From positions 21,307 through 85,306 of the forward strand of contig JAHFMX010000002.1 of the NCBI GenBank assembly GCA_023267635.1: a stretch of DNA of 64,000 nucleotides, given 5' to 3'. Positions 59,864 through 64,000 of the stretch are shown here, piece by piece. The DNA comes from a bacterium (lineage in GTDB: Bacteria; Patescibacteriota; Minisyncoccia; Phycocordibacterales; UBA5272). How positions within the stretch are numbered: position 1 is the stretch's first letter; every line of letters starts with the position of its first letter. The position numbers were made by a program, and so were the translations under genes. Under the pieces are notes generated by a model. That model ran no database searches, had not been told where the DNA came from, and saw only the letters and a program-made list of their open reading frames with translations.

Positions 59864-60079
59864 TCAGTCGGGTATTTCCATATCCTTCGGCGCAGGGAGC
59901 GCTTCTGGATAGGAATGGGTTTGAATCGCACCTTGAGTGCCGAGACCTGCTTTTGACTGCGAGGTCACCGTCTTGATATTTCCCGTGTGAATACCCTCCA
60001 CAAGAGGAGAGATCGCTTTTCCAATGCGCAACCCCTTGTGCAGGTCAATATGATCATCATTTCCGATAAATACGCCCAT
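59864..60079 (-). CDS. Small hypothetical protein
   Basis: AGGAG SD before ATG, downstream hairpin. Confidence 0.45.
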   Translation of the reverse strand: MGVFIGNDDHIDLHKGLRIGKAISPLVEGIHTGNIKTVTSQSKAGLGTQGAIQTHSYPEALPAPKDMEIPD

Positions 60080-60157
60080 GAACTTCTCCTTGATTGGTAA
60101 ACAAAGTTGAATAGAACTACTCTTTTATAGTACCAACTTTATTAAGTATTGTCAATA

Positions 60158-60673
60158 CTACTCCTCTATTGAATACTTTTTGTGAAGCGTGACAGGAAGC
60201 CCAGCTGCAATAGATTTATCAATAGTGTCTTGAGTCCCGGTAGAATTATTTACTTGGAACGCATACACCTCGTCTGAAATAGCAACTTCCTCGTCATGAC
60301 GAAGGTTGTAGTGATCCTGTGTGATTTCGTTCTCATGAGGCATTTCCACGAGATGATCAGGCTGAATCGTTTTTAGACGAAGAAGCAATTCCTGCAACTC
60401 AATAATGGTTGCCTTGGTAACGGGAAGCTTGCACCAGTTGGTGTTGTAATCCAGAACGTAGTTCTCGAGGTGCGTTGGAATAATCACCTTCAGCGACTTC
60501 CCTGTTGGGTCGCAAGTAAGCGCTTCATCCATCGCGAAATAATCCACGCCTGTCGCTCCGCCTGTTACGATTCCGTCCCCGCGTTCTATTACTTCACGCG
60601 CAGCAGCACGAACATCTCGTTCAACGTTTTCATCAGTTAATCTCCATGTTCCTGTAAAGAGTATCCATTTCAT
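60158..60673 (-). CDS. SLOG/DprA-like Rossmann-fold protein
   Basis: ILFTG, IVTGGATGVD, R...V..SD.VYAF...STGT.DTI. Confidence 0.65.
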   Translation of the reverse strand: MKWILFTGTWRLTDENVERDVRAAAREVIERGDGIVTGGATGVDYFAMDEALTCDPTGKSLKVIIPTHLENYVLDYNTNWCKLPVTKATIIELQELLLRLKTIQPDHLVEMPHENEITQDHYNLRHDEEVAISDEVYAFQVNNSTGTQDTIDKSIAAGLPVTLHKKYSIEE

Positions 60674-60697
60674 ATATTTCCCTCATAAGAGGAAGAC

Positions 60698-62839
<2,142 letters not shown>

Positions 62840-62927
62840 TCAAAAAGCCTTAATTGACAAGTTACTTTTCATATTGTAGTGTTGATATTAGCCGCTCTTT
62901 ATATTTGAAGAGCTCCCCTACTTTTAG

Positions 62928-63821
62928 ATGGAGAATAAGATGACTGTTCTGAACAATACCCAGCCGACGAAGTCTGTTTCACTTTTCGGAGGAGAAGTCC
63001 GTGTTGACGCCTTTGGGTGTGAACACGGTCAAAACTTTTCCTTCAAAGGAATCGATGAGAGCAAAAACCCTCACACTACCCATGCTGCGATTTTTGCAGC
63101 ACTCGGTTCGATTTCATCGACTTCAAATTACTTTGCCCCCTCCCCGGTGCACATGAACGCTGAAGTTGTCACCCCTGATGACTTCAAATACAGCCGGTCC
63201 CATAAACAATGGACTCTGCCGTTTTCCGAAAACGCCTACTTGCACCGAGGGGTTTGTGCCGACGGACTTTCAGGGCTGAGCCCTTCACAAGGTTTTGTGA
63301 TGTCTGCCGCAGACTGTGCGCTTGTGGTGGTAAAGTGCGACGAAATAACCATTGCCGCTCACGCAGGACGAAACAGTGTTATCGATATGCTGTTTATGAA
63401 AGGCGAAGCCCAGGAGATGCGTAAAAGTGTTGTAGAAAACATCTGCGAAATCGTTTCTTCTGAAGATGGAGATCTTCAGAAACTGAAAGTATGGATTGGT
63501 TTCTCCATTTCAGCTGGACCTCATTTTCAACATGCAGTGAACAGTGCTGCATACCCGCACAACAAAAAACTGGTGGAATTTGTCTCCAGGGAATACGGTG
63601 CGGAATGCTTCGAGGATGACGGGCAGAATGGTGCTCTCGGATGGCTGGATCTCAAAAAGCTCATTCGGCGACAGTTCATTCAGTGCAAAGTCAAAGAGCA
63701 GAACATTGAACTTGATTCCGTGTGCACCCGTTCAGACATGAGGGATGGGAAACCAGTCTGGTATTCAAATGTTCGCAACGGTGTAGAGAGAAATCTCATA
63801 GCTGTTACGGTGAACAAATAA
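62928..63821 (+). CDS. YfiH/PgeF (polyphenol oxidase-like) family protein
   Basis: ADGL...[23 protein letters not shown]. Confidence 0.75.
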   Translation: MENKMTVLNNTQPTKSVSLFGGEVRVDAFGCEHGQNFSFKGIDESKNPHTTHAAIFAALGSISSTSNYFAPSPVHMNAEVVTPDDFKYSRSHKQWTLPFSENAYLHRGVCADGLSGLSPSQGFVMSAADCALVVVKCDEITIAAHAGRNSVIDMLFMKGEAQEMRKSVVENICEIVSSEDGDLQKLKVWIGFSISAGPHFQHAVNSAAYPHNKKLVEFVSREYGAECFEDDGQNGALGWLDLKKLIRRQFIQCKVKEQNIELDSVCTRSDMRDGKPVWYSNVRNGVERNLIAVTVNK

Positions 63822-63897
63822 CCAAGGCGGTGTCGTTAGACACCGTCTTTTGTTTTGCCTCTTTTTCACGTGTATACTGACCTATACTACACCTTCT

Positions 63898-64000
63898 ATG
63901 AAATACCACTTTATTGGCATCTGCGGTGCCGGAATGAGCGCAGTAGCCAAACTTCTTGTAGACAAAGGAGAAACTGTCACCGGGAGTGATGAAGGATTCT
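63898..64000 (+). CDS. MurC/Mpl family ligase, N-terminus (runs off window)
   Basis: [27 protein letters not shown]. Confidence 0.85.
   Translation, partial: MKYHFIGICGAGMSAVAKLLVDKGETVTGSDEGF

Overview
The window looks like a Patescibacteria/CPR (Parcubacteria-like) chromosome segment. This is inferred from the compact housekeeping genes, the type IV pilus/ComF cluster, class F sortases, a C-terminally short ValRS, a short RNase P RNA and few Shine-Dalgarno sites. The backbone carries pilT/pilB/pilO/N/M, comF, murF, secA, valS, lepA, murJ, rnpB, typA, thrS, gyrB and partial murC. An accessory block at about 16.9-32.4 kb starts at tRNA-Glu(CTC). It holds a GIY-YIG nuclease between a palindrome-interrupted tRNA 5' copy and the intact tRNA, and a complete diversity-generating retroelement (DGR). 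In the DGR, VR and TR differ only at TR adenines, and avd is inverted head-to-head with the RT gene at a shared CATATG. The block continues with a type III R-M pair, a capsid-less serine recombinase/terminase/ParB-methylase/LexA module and a TIR + caspase defence pair. RNA-level oddities are a tRNA-Ser with an ACT anticodon, an intact tRNA-Ser(GGA) nested inside a degenerate split tRNA-Ser, structured tRNA-linked repeats, and a 28-bp motif at the 5' end of two predicted transcripts. All calls come from manual motif reading; no database searches were run.
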